A DNA stretch of 64,000 nucleotides from a virus. Its lineage: Duplodnaviria; Caudoviricetes. Numbering within the stretch: position 1 is the first letter of the stretch; each line of letters starts with the position of its first letter. This document shows, piece after piece, positions 16,975-28,219 of the stretch. Under the pieces are notes generated by a model. It was not told where the DNA came from, searched no databases, and saw nothing but the letters and a program-made list of their open reading frames with translations. The stretch lies in the IMG/VR virus record IMGVR_UViG_3300027566_000003; one strand, given 5' to 3'. Made by a program: the position numbers and the translations under genes.

Positions 16975-18297
16975 TTGGAATATATACGAAAAGAAAATGA
17001 GTCATTTTTACAATTTGCTGATAGACTATTATCCAATAGAAAAGAATATGATTTAGACAAAGTTGAAGTTTATGAAATATTATACGGAGAACAAGTATCA
17101 GCAGATCATGCAAGAAAATGTCTAACTAGTTTAGAAAAAACAATTGAACAAGATAAAGTATGCAAAGTTGATATGCAATCTGATGAAAAATGTCTAGAAG
17201 ATAATTTGACTAAAAAATATAAATCAACCACAGAAATTAATAAAGATGGAACATATTCTAGTGATAAATTATTAGTTATGTCTGAAGAAGAATCTAAAAA
17301 TGTTAATTATCTTTTAAAATCTCATGGTTTTGACAACTTATCATGGGAATTAGTATCAGCAAGAAACAATATTTGGAATGTTTATAGTAAACAAGATGGT
17401 GTTAAAACACTTTATTCAAGCAAAATAGTAACTAAACCTAAAGTAAATCAATTTAATATTAATTGGATTAAACAGGCATTAGAAGATTTAGACCTAGAAA
17501 GTCCAGTAGTAGATCAAAAGCCTTATCATGTTAAAGGAAAAACTTTAGAAATTAATTTGGCAGATGTTCATATTGATAAACTTTGCTGTATTGATGAAAC
17601 AAGAAATAGTTATTCTACAGAAATTGGTATACAAAGATTATGGAATGTAATTAATGATATTATTGAAAAAGTAAATTTTTATAATATCAAGAAAATAATA
17701 TTTCCATTTGGTCAAGATGTGGCGAATATTGATAATATTTTCAATTCCACAACAAAAAATACGCCACAAGACACAGACGTAAAATATGATGTAATGTATA
17801 AATTGTTACTCAAAAATATAATTCAAATTATACATAAGCTTACTGATATTGCTCCAGTTCATGTAATATATGTCGGAGGAAATCATGATAAAGTAACATC
17901 GTTTACAATGACTGAAGCAATGTATTGGCATTTTTTGAATAATGATAATGTAGAAGTTGATTCTGTATTTAATAATCGCAAATACATAATGATTGGGAAA
18001 AACCTTCTGGGATTAGCACACGGGGCAGATGAACGCAAAAACATAGTTTATTGTATGCAAAATGATGTTCCTGAATTATGGGGGAAAGCGAAATATAGAG
18101 AATTTCATTTATCTCATTTCCATAAAGAAAAAATGACAGATGAACAAAATGGCATTGTTTTTAGATGGATAAGTGCAATTTGTGGCAATGACGCTTGGAC
18201 TTATAATAGTGGATATGTTGGTGCTCAAAAGAAAGCTCAATCTTTTATTTGGGATGACGATAAGGGTTTAGAAATGATTATTAATAGTTATGTTTAA
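16975..18297 (+). CDS. calcineurin-like metallophosphoesterase with N-terminal extension (YonJ-like)
   Basis: LADVHID, GQDVAN, GGNHD, LAHG, SHFH motifs; SPbeta synteny. Confidence 0.85.
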   Translation: MEYIRKENESFLQFADRLLSNRKEYDLDKVEVYEILYGEQVSADHARKCLTSLEKTIEQDKVCKVDMQSDEKCLEDNLTKKYKSTTEINKDGTYSSDKLLVMSEEESKNVNYLLKSHGFDNLSWELVSARNNIWNVYSKQDGVKTLYSSKIVTKPKVNQFNINWIKQALEDLDLESPVVDQKPYHVKGKTLEINLADVHIDKLCCIDETRNSYSTEIGIQRLWNVINDIIEKVNFYNIKKIIFPFGQDVANIDNIFNSTTKNTPQDTDVKYDVMYKLLLKNIIQIIHKLTDIAPVHVIYVGGNHDKVTSFTMTEAMYWHFLNNDNVEVDSVFNNRKYIMIGKNLLGLAHGADERKNIVYCMQNDVPELWGKAKYREFHLSHFHKEKMTDEQNGIVFRWISAICGNDAWTYNSGYVGAQKKAQSFIWDDDKGLEMIINSYV

Positions 18298-18326
18298 AAT
18301 AATTGAAAGACAAATGAGGTATTATT

Positions 18327-18965
18327 ATGGCATTTAAAAATTTTGATATTGACGACCTTTATGATAGTGAAGAAGTTAAAGAATTAGCAAAAGTTGTATT
18401 ACCAGATCCTAGTTTATTAGATTTTTATAATCGATTGTCAAAACGAGAAATTTGGATTAATGATTTTATAGATGATACATGTGTTGATCACGCAAAGCAA
18501 ATTATAGATTGGAATTTTCAGGATAGAAATATTTCTCTTGATGAAAGAGTAAAAATTAAAATATTCCTTCATACAGATGGTGGAGATACGACTGCTATGA
18601 ATGCCCTAATAGATTCCATTACCCTTTCTAAAACACCTTGTATGACTATTGCGATGGGTAAAATTTTTAGTGCAGGTGCTATGATTTTTCTTGCGGCAAA
18701 AGAAAGATTGCTATTTCCTACATCTAGAGTAATGATTCATAAGGGGTCGAGTGGTATTATTTCTGATGTAAATAAAATTATTGACTACTCTAAGTTTCTT
18801 GAAAAAGACAATGAAGTAACTAAAGAATTTATTCTTAAAAATACAAAAATTACCCCTAAGAAATATAAAGAAGTAGAAGATAAAGATTTATATTTATTTC
18901 CGAATGAATGTATTGAAATGGGAATTGCCACTGGAATAGTAGGGGATATCGAAGAATTGTTTTAG
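18327..18965 (+). CDS. clpP: ClpP-family serine protease
   Basis: LHTDGGD, FSAG (Ser), MIH (His), KDLY (Asp), ECIEMGI. Confidence 0.88.
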   Translation: MAFKNFDIDDLYDSEEVKELAKVVLPDPSLLDFYNRLSKREIWINDFIDDTCVDHAKQIIDWNFQDRNISLDERVKIKIFLHTDGGDTTAMNALIDSITLSKTPCMTIAMGKIFSAGAMIFLAAKERLLFPTSRVMIHKGSSGIISDVNKIIDYSKFLEKDNEVTKEFILKNTKITPKKYKEVEDKDLYLFPNECIEMGIATGIVGDIEELF

Positions 18966-18996
18966 GTTTTAGTTTTAATTAACAAATAATAATTGA

Positions 18997-19386
18997 TTGG
19001 AGAATTATAATATGCGTGTATTTAATGCAGAATCTGTTTGGGACAAAGAAGAACGTCAGTTGATTCAAATTCTAACTATCGATGGTCAGGAAGTTGATTT
19101 AGAAACATATGCTTCTGAATTGGATAATGAAACTAATGAAAATGGAATAGTAGAAGAAGTACAAGAGGGTATTAATCATGGTGATGATTGTACATGCGAA
19201 GACTGTATTGAAAATAGGAAGAATATTTATTTAGCTGAAGCTGTAAAATATATGTTTGAAAATGAACTTTGTCCTAAACATGTATTCGAAATGCTTGGAG
19301 ATGTCTATGATAGAGCAAATTACGAAGGATATGAAGAGGGTTATGATGATGCCAAAGAAGATATGAAAGAGTGGTTGGAGGATTAG
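18997..19386 (+). CDS. acidic hypothetical protein
   Basis: 129 aa, CTCEDC, GYEEGYDDAKE repeat-like tail. Confidence 0.65.
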   Translation: MENYNMRVFNAESVWDKEERQLIQILTIDGQEVDLETYASELDNETNENGIVEEVQEGINHGDDCTCEDCIENRKNIYLAEAVKYMFENELCPKHVFEMLGDVYDRANYEGYEEGYDDAKEDMKEWLED

Positions 19387-19572
19387 ACAATATAATATAT
19401 TATTATAAATTCTAAGATTTAAAAGATGGATATAATTTAATATTTTTACAGTAGATAAGGCACATCATTAATTTGGTGTGTCTGGATGTATTGTAAAAAT
19501 ACAATACAAAATAAAATTAACTGACTTTAATATTTAGAGTTTAGTCAGTACTCTAGAAAGGATGATTAAAAA

Positions 19573-20427
19573 ATGTATCAAGAAAAAATGGTGGTCTGTC
19601 TCAAGAACAATGGTAAGATTCTCAGAGAAAAAGAGGGAGCAATTCAAATTCCATTTGGTTCGGAGTATTCTATTTATATCAAAAATCTTGAAAGCAGAAA
19701 AACAAAAGTCAAAATATCTATTGATGGAACGGATGTACTTAATGGTCAATCATTATTAATTAATCCAAATGATACAACTGAATTAGAAGGATTTTTAAGT
19801 GATTGTGTTGCAAAAAATAAGTTCAAGTTTATTCCTAAGACAAAAGAAATTTCAGAATTTCGTGGAGATAAGATTGATGATAGTTTATTAAGAGTAGAAT
19901 TTTGGTATGAACGATTGAAACCAATTACACAGCAAATTAATCAAGTATATAATCCTTGGAATCCTTGGATTACGTATAAACAACCAACTTATGATTATAA
20001 TCCTACTTGGATAACTAATTTAAATTGTAATGTTAGCACTAATATAGTTAATAAGTCAATACAAATGGATTGTTTAAGATCATTTGATAATAATATTTGT
20101 CAAACAGGTTCCACATTAAATAGTTGTGCTTCAGATATTACTGTTAATAATTTCTCTTCGTTAAATAATTCTGTAAGTGTTAAAAGTCTTGAAGATGGTA
20201 TTACTGTGAAAGGAACTCCCATTGAACAACAATTTAAATATGGTGATATTGGTGAATTAGAAGATCAATCCCATGTCATTATTTTGCGTTTACAAGGTTA
20301 TAATGATGTTGGTGAAACGGTTGAGAAAGTTATTGGGACTAAAGATAAGTTACAATGTAAAACTTGTGGAAAAATTAGTGGGTCTGGTAGTAAATTTTGT
20401 GATAGATGTGGTAGTTATTTAGAGTAG
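19573..20427 (+). CDS. conserved phage protein with C-terminal zinc ribbon
   Basis: 284 aa; CKTCG...FCDRCG; RBS AAGGA. Confidence 0.75.
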   Translation: MYQEKMVVCLKNNGKILREKEGAIQIPFGSEYSIYIKNLESRKTKVKISIDGTDVLNGQSLLINPNDTTELEGFLSDCVAKNKFKFIPKTKEISEFRGDKIDDSLLRVEFWYERLKPITQQINQVYNPWNPWITYKQPTYDYNPTWITNLNCNVSTNIVNKSIQMDCLRSFDNNICQTGSTLNSCASDITVNNFSSLNNSVSVKSLEDGITVKGTPIEQQFKYGDIGELEDQSHVIILRLQGYNDVGETVEKVIGTKDKLQCKTCGKISGSGSKFCDRCGSYLE

Positions 20428-20594
20428 GTTAAAATTTAATATTTTGCTATAGATAATATCTCTAACTATTAAATTATAGTTAGAGATATTTTTGTGTAAC
20501 AAAATAAGTTGCACTAGGATAGGTTGCTTTAAATTAAAGCACTGATAAGTATTACCCATACTTCCACTATAAAAATGGGTAAAGGAGGTTTGCA

Positions 20595-21368
20595 ATGTCA
20601 AATCAATTAGTAAAATTTAAGGAACTGGAATTAATGGAAGTGGATTTTAATAGCAATCTAATCATAGTCGTAAAAATGAAAGACACTGGTAAAAGTTATG
20701 TGGGCGTAAATTGGATTTGTAATGGGATAGGGTTATCAGAAGGACAATTAAAAAATGAGCGTAAGAAAATTCAAGAAGATATTGTCCTTTCTAAAGGGGG
20801 ACGTAATTTAATCCTCCCTACAAAAGGTGGTAATCAGCAGTCTTTATGTCTTGAGTTAGATTTTTTACCTTTATGGTTAGCGAAAATATCTATTACTAAA
20901 GATATGCAACAAAATAAACCTGAAGTTATGGATAAACTTATTGATTATCAATTAAATGCGAAAGATGTATTATCTAAAGCATTTTTTGGAAAACAAGAAA
21001 AATGGGATTTGCAAAGAGAAGTTGGTAAAGTTGATAGAAAAAGAATGACTTCTAGTATCCAAACTTACATACCTAGTGCTAAACCTTTTACTTATGCTTC
21101 TTATACAGACATGACCTATAAAATTTTGTTTAATATGACAGCAAAACAAATAAGAGAAAGTAGAAATATAAATAAAAAAGGTGATCTTACAAGAGATTAT
21201 TTAACAGAAGCAGAATTAAAATTAGTTGATGAAGCAGAAACAATAGTTACTGCTTTGACGGCATTAGGATTTAAGCAAGATTATATAAAGCATCAGTTAG
21301 AAGTTAAGTATGGAAATAAAATGTTAGATGGTAATAAATTTTGTAAATTAGATAATAAAATAAAATAA
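20595..21368 (+). CDS. phage antirepressor (P22 Ant N-terminal-like domain)
   Basis: YVGVNWICNGIGL...CLELDFLPLWLAKIS...LIDYQ; RBS GGAGGT. Confidence 0.8.
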   Translation: MSNQLVKFKELELMEVDFNSNLIIVVKMKDTGKSYVGVNWICNGIGLSEGQLKNERKKIQEDIVLSKGGRNLILPTKGGNQQSLCLELDFLPLWLAKISITKDMQQNKPEVMDKLIDYQLNAKDVLSKAFFGKQEKWDLQREVGKVDRKRMTSSIQTYIPSAKPFTYASYTDMTYKILFNMTAKQIRESRNINKKGDLTRDYLTEAELKLVDEAETIVTALTALGFKQDYIKHQLEVKYGNKMLDGNKFCKLDNKIK

Positions 21369-21390
21369 AATAAAATAACATCCCTAAATA

Positions 21391-21420
21391 ACAAGACGCT
21401 TGAGTAATCAGGCGTTTTGT
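21391..21420 (+). terminator. intrinsic terminator after the antirepressor
   Basis: AAGACGCTTGA-GTAA-TCAGGCGTTTT hairpin. Confidence 0.55.
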
Positions 21421-21638
21421 GTGCGTATGGAATGGTTGTTTTTGTTTGGATGTTTTGTGGATAAGTCGATATCTCAAGCAAAATGTTTGAGATATTTGTT
21501 ATTCACTGAAATATGTGGATCAAAGTTGAGAGGTAATTTGGGTTAGCTACCCATCTCTGTACGCCTCTCTTCTTTATATTTTTTTTATTTGGAAATTAGT
21601 ACAGAGAAAATAAAAGTACAGAAAGAAGGAATTTAGAG

Positions 21639-23426
21639 ATGTTGGTTAGCGAAGAAGTAGAAGTTACACTTCATCCATCAAATGTTAAACATTATGAAGA
21701 TTTAGGTTATGAAATACCAAGAGAAAAAAATTAAAAAGAAACTTGTGATTCGTAAGGGTACAAAAATAAAGGTAAAAATAGAAGATCTTTTACCTGGAAC
21801 TAATGTAAAGATTATGTATAGATGTGATTATTGTGGAAAAGAAAAGTCAGTATTATATTGTGATTATACAAGGAGATCTTCAAAAAAAGACTGTTGTATT
21901 GATTGTTTACCTTTATATAATTCTGAAATAAATAAATTAAAATGGGAAGAAAAATTTAAATCTGAAACGAAAACATGTAGTAAATGTAAAAGAGAATTTC
22001 CTAAAACGACTGAATATTTCTTTCGAAGCATAGATAGACCAGACAGTTTATCTTGTCAATGTAAAGAATGTGCTTGTGGAAAAGAAATATTCGGAATAGA
22101 AAAAGAAATTATCCCAGAGGGATTTAAAAAATGTTTAGATTGTAAAGAAGTTTTTGAAATAAATGAAACTAATTTTAATACTTATGTTAAATCTTCTGAC
22201 GGTTTTTATAATATTTGTATTAAATGTCAAATTAATAGAAGACATAAGGATTCTATAGATGGATATAAGAAGTGTAAAATTTGTAACAGAGAACTTGCTA
22301 TCAATAGAGATTTTTATGACGTAGATGATAGATGTTTAGATGGATATAGGGGTATTTGTCGTGAATGCAACGGCGAAGACTTTTATCCAGAATTTAAAGC
22401 AGATCCTTGGAGTCAAGAAGATATTGATATTATAATTGAAAATTATGAACATAAAACAATTAAAGATATATTACCTTTACTTACTTCCATAAGAACTGAA
22501 AAATCAGTAATGCACTTAGCACAAAATTAGATTTAAGAAAAATAGATAATCATATAAAATACTATAAGCAAATTCAGTATAAAATTATTGATAATAAATT
22601 ACATAAATTATGTAAGTGTTGTGAGGAATACTTACCAGTAGATAGAGCATATTTTCCTGATGACCAAAAATGTACAGATAATTTAAGAAATGTATGCCGA
22701 GTTTGTAAAGGAGAGGAATATTTATTTGATTCAAATATTCATATTTGGACACAAGAAGAAACTACTATATTAATAAATAATTATTCTAGTATGACAAACA
22801 ATGAAATAAGAAATAAATACTTTCCGTTTCTAATAAATAGGCAAATAATGTGCAAAGGAAATAATTTAAATCTTTATAAAGCACAAGAAACGTTAGGTAG
22901 AATGTTTATTGAATTAGGTAAAATTACGTCAGATAGATTATTATCTTTAGATAAATGGAAAGGCGAAGATAATCCTCAATATGATAGTCAAAGATTTGGC
23001 AATCTAAATCCTAATTATAAAAATGGAATTAGTGCTTTGTCACAAGAATTAAGAAGAAATATAAAACAGTGGAAATTTGATAGTATGGATAATGCTAATT
23101 ATAAATGTTTTATTTCAGGAAAGAATTTTGATGATATTCATCACTTATATAGTTTTGGAAGTATAGTTCAAGATACTTTAAATGAAACTGGAATACCATT
23201 ATATGAGAATATCTCTTCATATACACAAGAAGAATTACAACAATTAATTGATAAATGTTTGGAGATACATAATCGTTACCCGTTAGGGATATGCATGCAG
23301 AAAAAATATCATATCCAATTTCATGTTGAGTTTAGGTATGGAAACAATACTCCTGAACAATTTTATCAATTCCTTGAAAATTATTATGATGGAAAATATA
23401 AATATTTGGAAGAAGTAACTCAATAG
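21639..23426 (+). pseudogene. frameshifted multi-zinc-finger HNH-type free-standing endonuclease (track ORFs 21709..22530 and 22791..23426)
   Basis: Removing one A from the A7 run at 21724-21730 and adding one A to the A4 run at 22523-22526 gives one continuous ORF from ATG 21639; C-terminal IHHLYSF...HIQFH...YGNNTPEQF. Confidence 0.8.
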
Positions 23427-23520
23427 TTCTGTTGACTATAAATGTATTATCTTTTTTTAGATAGTACATTTTTGTGTGACCAGAAATAAACAATTTAAGA
23501 ATAAAAGGAAGTGAAACTTA

Positions 23521-24693
23521 GTGGCAAGACAAAAATCTGTGGCAACAAATTCGATTGTGCCACAAGTTAAAATTGAAAATAACACAATCACATGCCCTAT
23601 GTGTGGAGAACCAAAATCTTCTATTAAAAGTGCTTTAAACTTTTATAAAAGTTTATCACCTTTGTATACAGGTATAAATCTAGAACGTGTTGACCAACCA
23701 ATGATGGTATTTTGTAAAGAATGTGTATGGAATACTTATGATACATATTTCAATATTTTAAAAGATATTAAGAAATCAGTTCTTATTACTTGTATGAAGT
23801 TTGATATACCATTCAATGAAGGTGACTTTGATGGAGCAATGAAACAGTACGTAAATAAACCATCTGCTCATCCGTTTAAAATATATATGACAAAATTAAA
23901 TTCATTGGGAAATTTCAACAACGCTTTAACTGGTTTTGATCCAAAGTTCTTATTTGATAAAGAAACTGGAAAAGACCTTATTACTAATGCATTGGAACTT
24001 GAAGTAAAGGATTTAGATTATAATGTTCAATTAAATGAACAGGATTTACAAGTTAAAGAAGATGTAATTAGACTTATAGGATATGATCCATTTGCTGGAT
24101 ATTCAAATTTTGACCAAAAGTTTTTATTTAATGAACTAATCACTTATCTTGACGAAGATACATTGGATGATGCTTTTAAATTAAGTCAGGTTTTACAATT
24201 AGTTAATAATAATAATCAGATACGAAAAATAGATTTAGTAATTTCTACTCTTAGTAATGATGCTAAGACTTTAATTTCGAACCAAGGAGAAATAAAATCT
24301 TTATCTGCTACTAAAAGTCAAATAGTAGGTAGTACAGATAAGATTGCAAAAGAGAATTCTATTTCTGTAAAAAATCGTGGAGATAAATCAGCAGGAAAAT
24401 CTACTCTCTCTAGTCTTATGAAACAATATAGAGAACTTAATTTTGAAGATGCTGAACAAGATTATTATGATCAAAATAAAGCATATGGCATGAAAATGAC
24501 AGCAGATATTTCAAATAAAAGTTTACTTGAACAATTACAGTTGGATGAAAATGATTATACTGATATGTTAAATACTCAAAGAGGATTGATCCAAGAGTAT
24601 CAGTCTAGAATTGAAGATTTAGAAGAGGAAAATAGACAATTAAATGTATTGTTAGATAAAAATGAATCACCTTCTATTTTGGAAGGTGATTAA
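23521..24693 (+). CDS. zinc-finger/coiled-coil protein upstream of TerL (YonG-like, possible small terminase)
   Basis: CPMC...CKEC; stop is 2 nt from the terminase start; synteny. Confidence 0.6.
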   Translation: MARQKSVATNSIVPQVKIENNTITCPMCGEPKSSIKSALNFYKSLSPLYTGINLERVDQPMMVFCKECVWNTYDTYFNILKDIKKSVLITCMKFDIPFNEGDFDGAMKQYVNKPSAHPFKIYMTKLNSLGNFNNALTGFDPKFLFDKETGKDLITNALELEVKDLDYNVQLNEQDLQVKEDVIRLIGYDPFAGYSNFDQKFLFNELITYLDEDTLDDAFKLSQVLQLVNNNNQIRKIDLVISTLSNDAKTLISNQGEIKSLSATKSQIVGSTDKIAKENSISVKNRGDKSAGKSTLSSLMKQYRELNFEDAEQDYYDQNKAYGMKMTADISNKSLLEQLQLDENDYTDMLNTQRGLIQEYQSRIEDLEEENRQLNVLLDKNESPSILEGD

Positions 24694-24695
24694 TT

Positions 24696-26549
24696 TTGGC
24701 TAAAAAATCAAAAGATATTTTAAGCACAAGAAAAATAGAGTTATATCTTCAAAATGCAAAAATAATAAAATACCTTAGACGTAATCCAGTAATTGCTTGC
24801 GAAATATTATTGGGAATTAAACTCATGGATAGCCAAAAATATATTTTAGAACAGTCATGGAATACCCCTCATATAGTTTGGTGTTGTTCTCGAAACTTTG
24901 GAAAATCATTTTTAGGAGCAATATTAATAATATTAAAAGCAATTTTATATGAGAATCAAGCGATTTATATAATCTCATCTGTTGGTAGTCAAGCACAAGA
25001 AACTTTCACTAAAATTGAAGAAATATGTTTAAGAATAGGGAAAACTTCAAATTCAATAGCTTCGCTTAAAGATATTGCTATGAACGAGACTGTTAAATCA
25101 CCTGCTTGTAAAACTGGATTTAGTCATTCACAAACAGGATTTCATGTTGAGTTTTATAATGGTAGCGAAATATTTACATTAAATGGAAATCCAGATAATA
25201 ACAGAAGTAAACGCGCAACGATGGTGTTTTTTGACGAGGCAGGGTTCTCATCTGATGAATTAATTGCAGTATCAGAAGCATTTGCCACACAGGATTTAAA
25301 CTTTATTACATCTATTGATGAAGATTTTAATTTAAAAACATTAAGAAAAAAATGTCCAACTCAATTAGTTTATGCTTCTTCAGCAAGTGACGTTGATACT
25401 ATATTTTATAGAAAGTATAAAGATTTTGCAAAAAAAATGTTTCTTGGAGATAAGAGATATTTTTGTTGTGATATTCCATGTGAAATACCTTTACATCCTT
25501 TAATGGATGGAAAAGAATATCCTCCTCTTTTACAACAATCTAAAGTTGATAATGCAATGTCTGCGAATCGCGAAAAAGCATTACGTGAATATTTCAACAA
25601 GTTTAGTACAGACGGAGGAGAAAATCAAATTGTTAAATGGGGACAAATCAGGCGTAATGAAACATTTATATTGCCAGAACTCCATTTTGTTGATGGTGGA
25701 AAATACGCTATTGCTTTTGACCCTGCAAGATCGGGGGATAATTCAATTATTACAGTTATGAAAATAATTGAAGATAAAAACATAGGTTATTATGGAGAAA
25801 TTGTTAATTGTACTAATTTAGTAGACTTAGCTAGTAAAAAAGGGATAAAAATGGCTTCGCCAGACCAAATTAAAGCATTAAAAGATTATATATTAGCATA
25901 TAATAGTAATTATCCTGATTATGAAAATATAGAAGTTCTTCAAATTGATGCCGGAGCTGGTGGTGGAGGAATAAGTGCATACTCAGATAATTTGTTGGAA
26001 GATTGGATAGATCAAAAAGGTATTAAGCATAAAGGATTTTTAGATAAAAAGTATGAGTTATATGAAGGATATGAAAATAAATATCCTAATGCAAGTAATA
26101 AATTAAATCTATTATCACCTAATAAATATAGGACACAAATGTGCGATGAATTTATTGAGCTAATGCAATTGGATTTAATAAAGTTTCCAAAAGAATATGA
26201 TGGAAAAGGATATGTTACTTTACAGAAACAAGTTGGCGAAGAAATAAAATTACAAACTAAATCACTAACAACAGAAGAAGAAATAGCTTTGTTAAATATG
26301 GATGTTTTAAAAAGTGAAATAACCTCGATATATAAATTTGAAAATCCAGAAAAAACAAGTAAATCATATAGAATGTCAAAAGAAAAAGAAGGAAAAGTAC
26401 ATGATGATAGATTTTATACAATTATCATGTTGTCTCATTATTTATATGATTTAAGAAGGAAGAATGTCACTAATAAAATAGATGACACCAATCTAGATGA
26501 TCATTTTGTTCCCCCATCATCTACTCCTTGGAATGATTTCAATAATTAA
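24696..26549 (+). CDS. terL: terminase large subunit (YonF-like)
   Basis: SRNFGKS Walker A, VFFDEAG Walker B, IAFDPARSGD and HDDRF nuclease motifs. Confidence 0.92.
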   Translation: MAKKSKDILSTRKIELYLQNAKIIKYLRRNPVIACEILLGIKLMDSQKYILEQSWNTPHIVWCCSRNFGKSFLGAILIILKAILYENQAIYIISSVGSQAQETFTKIEEICLRIGKTSNSIASLKDIAMNETVKSPACKTGFSHSQTGFHVEFYNGSEIFTLNGNPDNNRSKRATMVFFDEAGFSSDELIAVSEAFATQDLNFITSIDEDFNLKTLRKKCPTQLVYASSASDVDTIFYRKYKDFAKKMFLGDKRYFCCDIPCEIPLHPLMDGKEYPPLLQQSKVDNAMSANREKALREYFNKFSTDGGENQIVKWGQIRRNETFILPELHFVDGGKYAIAFDPARSGDNSIITVMKIIEDKNIGYYGEIVNCTNLVDLASKKGIKMASPDQIKALKDYILAYNSNYPDYENIEVLQIDAGAGGGGISAYSDNLLEDWIDQKGIKHKGFLDKKYELYEGYENKYPNASNKLNLLSPNKYRTQMCDEFIELMQLDLIKFPKEYDGKGYVTLQKQVGEEIKLQTKSLTTEEEIALLNMDVLKSEITSIYKFENPEKTSKSYRMSKEKEGKVHDDRFYTIIMLSHYLYDLRRKNVTNKIDDTNLDDHFVPPSSTPWNDFNN

Positions 26550-26606
26550 AAAAACAAATAAAAATTACAAATACATAAATAATATTCACAGAAATGAGGT
26601 GAAATT

Positions 26607-28202
26607 TTGGCACGAAGAAAAAAACAACATCAATCAATACCAATTCAAAAAACAATAATTAATACTCCTTCCTCCTTACCTTCTTCTATAAACACAGAAA
26701 CATCACCAGAACAATTTATGCGTAATTATGCTAATACTCTTTTTTCTACATTACAACAAATTAGAGAAAATCCATATTATATACCAATGTATGCGAATAG
26801 TTTAATGAAAGATATAAATATTGCTCCTTATAAACCTTCATCATCAGATATTGAAAATTGGTTAATATACCCTCAACAATTTGAACAACAACTAAGTAGT
26901 TTATCACAATATCTTGAAGGGGTAGTGATGCAATATGAAAGAACGATTTATCATTTTGCAACATTATTAACGTTTAATTATTATATATATCCAGTAACTT
27001 CTATTCCAACAGATAAAAAAGATTTATCTTCTTTTAAAAAATCATATAGTAAGGCATTGACTTGGTTAAGAAAATTTAGAGTGAAAGAACAACTTCAAAA
27101 TGTAATGTTAGGTATTATTAGAGAAGGTGGAAAGTATTATTATGTTAGAGAATCTTCCGATTTTATAGATTTACAGGAAATGCCACCTCAATGGTCTGTG
27201 ATAGATGGTAAAACTAGTTTAGGATATACATTTTCTTTTAATATGACTTTTTTTCTAAGAACACCTCAAGCTTTAGCAGATTATGCTCCAGAATTTGTAG
27301 AATGGTTTGATGATTTTTATGTAGATTATCAGACAAACAAAGGAATTCAATATTATAAACAAATGCCACCTGAAAAAAGTGTGGTATTTTTATTTGATGA
27401 TACAAAAGCAGCAAGATTAAACCCTTTAAGGTCATTATTTAAAGATGCTTTGGATGTTCAAGAATATAAGAAATTATTAAAAACAAAAACATTACTTGAC
27501 ACATGGAAATTGATATATATGAAATCTCCTTTAGATAAAGATGGTAAACCATCAATTGATTCTAAATTAATTGCAAATTGGGTTGCAACAGCTCAAGCAT
27601 CTCTCCCTTATGGTGCGGTAGCATTTGGAAGTCCATTAGACGCACAAGAATTAAGAGTTTCAGATAATCAATTTATTAATATTCTTGGTTCTCAAACTAA
27701 CGCAAAATTTTGGGAAAATGCTGGAGTAAATGCCAATATAATGGGGAATAGCGATGCAAAAAGTGCGTCAGCTATAAAAGCAAGTTTAGAAACAGATGTT
27801 AATTTTGTTTCCCATCTTTATCCGATTTTTGAAAGGTTTATAAATGCACAGTTAGCTCAAAAAACAGGAAAACATAAATTTGCTATAAAACTTTTTGGGG
27901 ATAAATTTAGTATTAAGGACACTCAAAAAGAATTAAAAGAAGCGATTCAATATGATGATAGTAACTATATTAAATGGATGGCATCTATGGATTATCAACC
28001 TTTTGAATTAGATGGTATGAATGGTATGATGGATGTTCTTGGTTTGAGAAAAAACATTAAACCACTTATGAGTAGTCATACTTTAAGTAGTAAAGATAAT
28101 AAAGGAGGAAAACCAACTGCGGAAGAATCGGGAGTAAATTTAGGAGATGCTGGAGAGATAACTTTAGATGCTGGTTCGAATGAAAATAAAATTACAGATT
28201 AA
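26607..28202 (+). CDS. portal protein (YonE-like)
   Basis: 531 aa directly after TerL; helical, FERFINAQL; called from synteny and size. Confidence 0.75.
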   Translation: MARRKKQHQSIPIQKTIINTPSSLPSSINTETSPEQFMRNYANTLFSTLQQIRENPYYIPMYANSLMKDINIAPYKPSSSDIENWLIYPQQFEQQLSSLSQYLEGVVMQYERTIYHFATLLTFNYYIYPVTSIPTDKKDLSSFKKSYSKALTWLRKFRVKEQLQNVMLGIIREGGKYYYVRESSDFIDLQEMPPQWSVIDGKTSLGYTFSFNMTFFLRTPQALADYAPEFVEWFDDFYVDYQTNKGIQYYKQMPPEKSVVFLFDDTKAARLNPLRSLFKDALDVQEYKKLLKTKTLLDTWKLIYMKSPLDKDGKPSIDSKLIANWVATAQASLPYGAVAFGSPLDAQELRVSDNQFINILGSQTNAKFWENAGVNANIMGNSDAKSASAIKASLETDVNFVSHLYPIFERFINAQLAQKTGKHKFAIKLFGDKFSIKDTQKELKEAIQYDDSNYIKWMASMDYQPFELDGMNGMMDVLGLRKNIKPLMSSHTLSSKDNKGGKPTAEESGVNLGDAGEITLDAGSNENKITD

Positions 28203-28219
28203 AGGAAGGTGAATATTAT

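Noticed and set aside
8826-26549. Group I introns or inteins in the RNAP or terminase
   Set aside because: Both ORFs are continuous and of expected size, with no intein C/S...HN motifs; the nucleases are intergenic.
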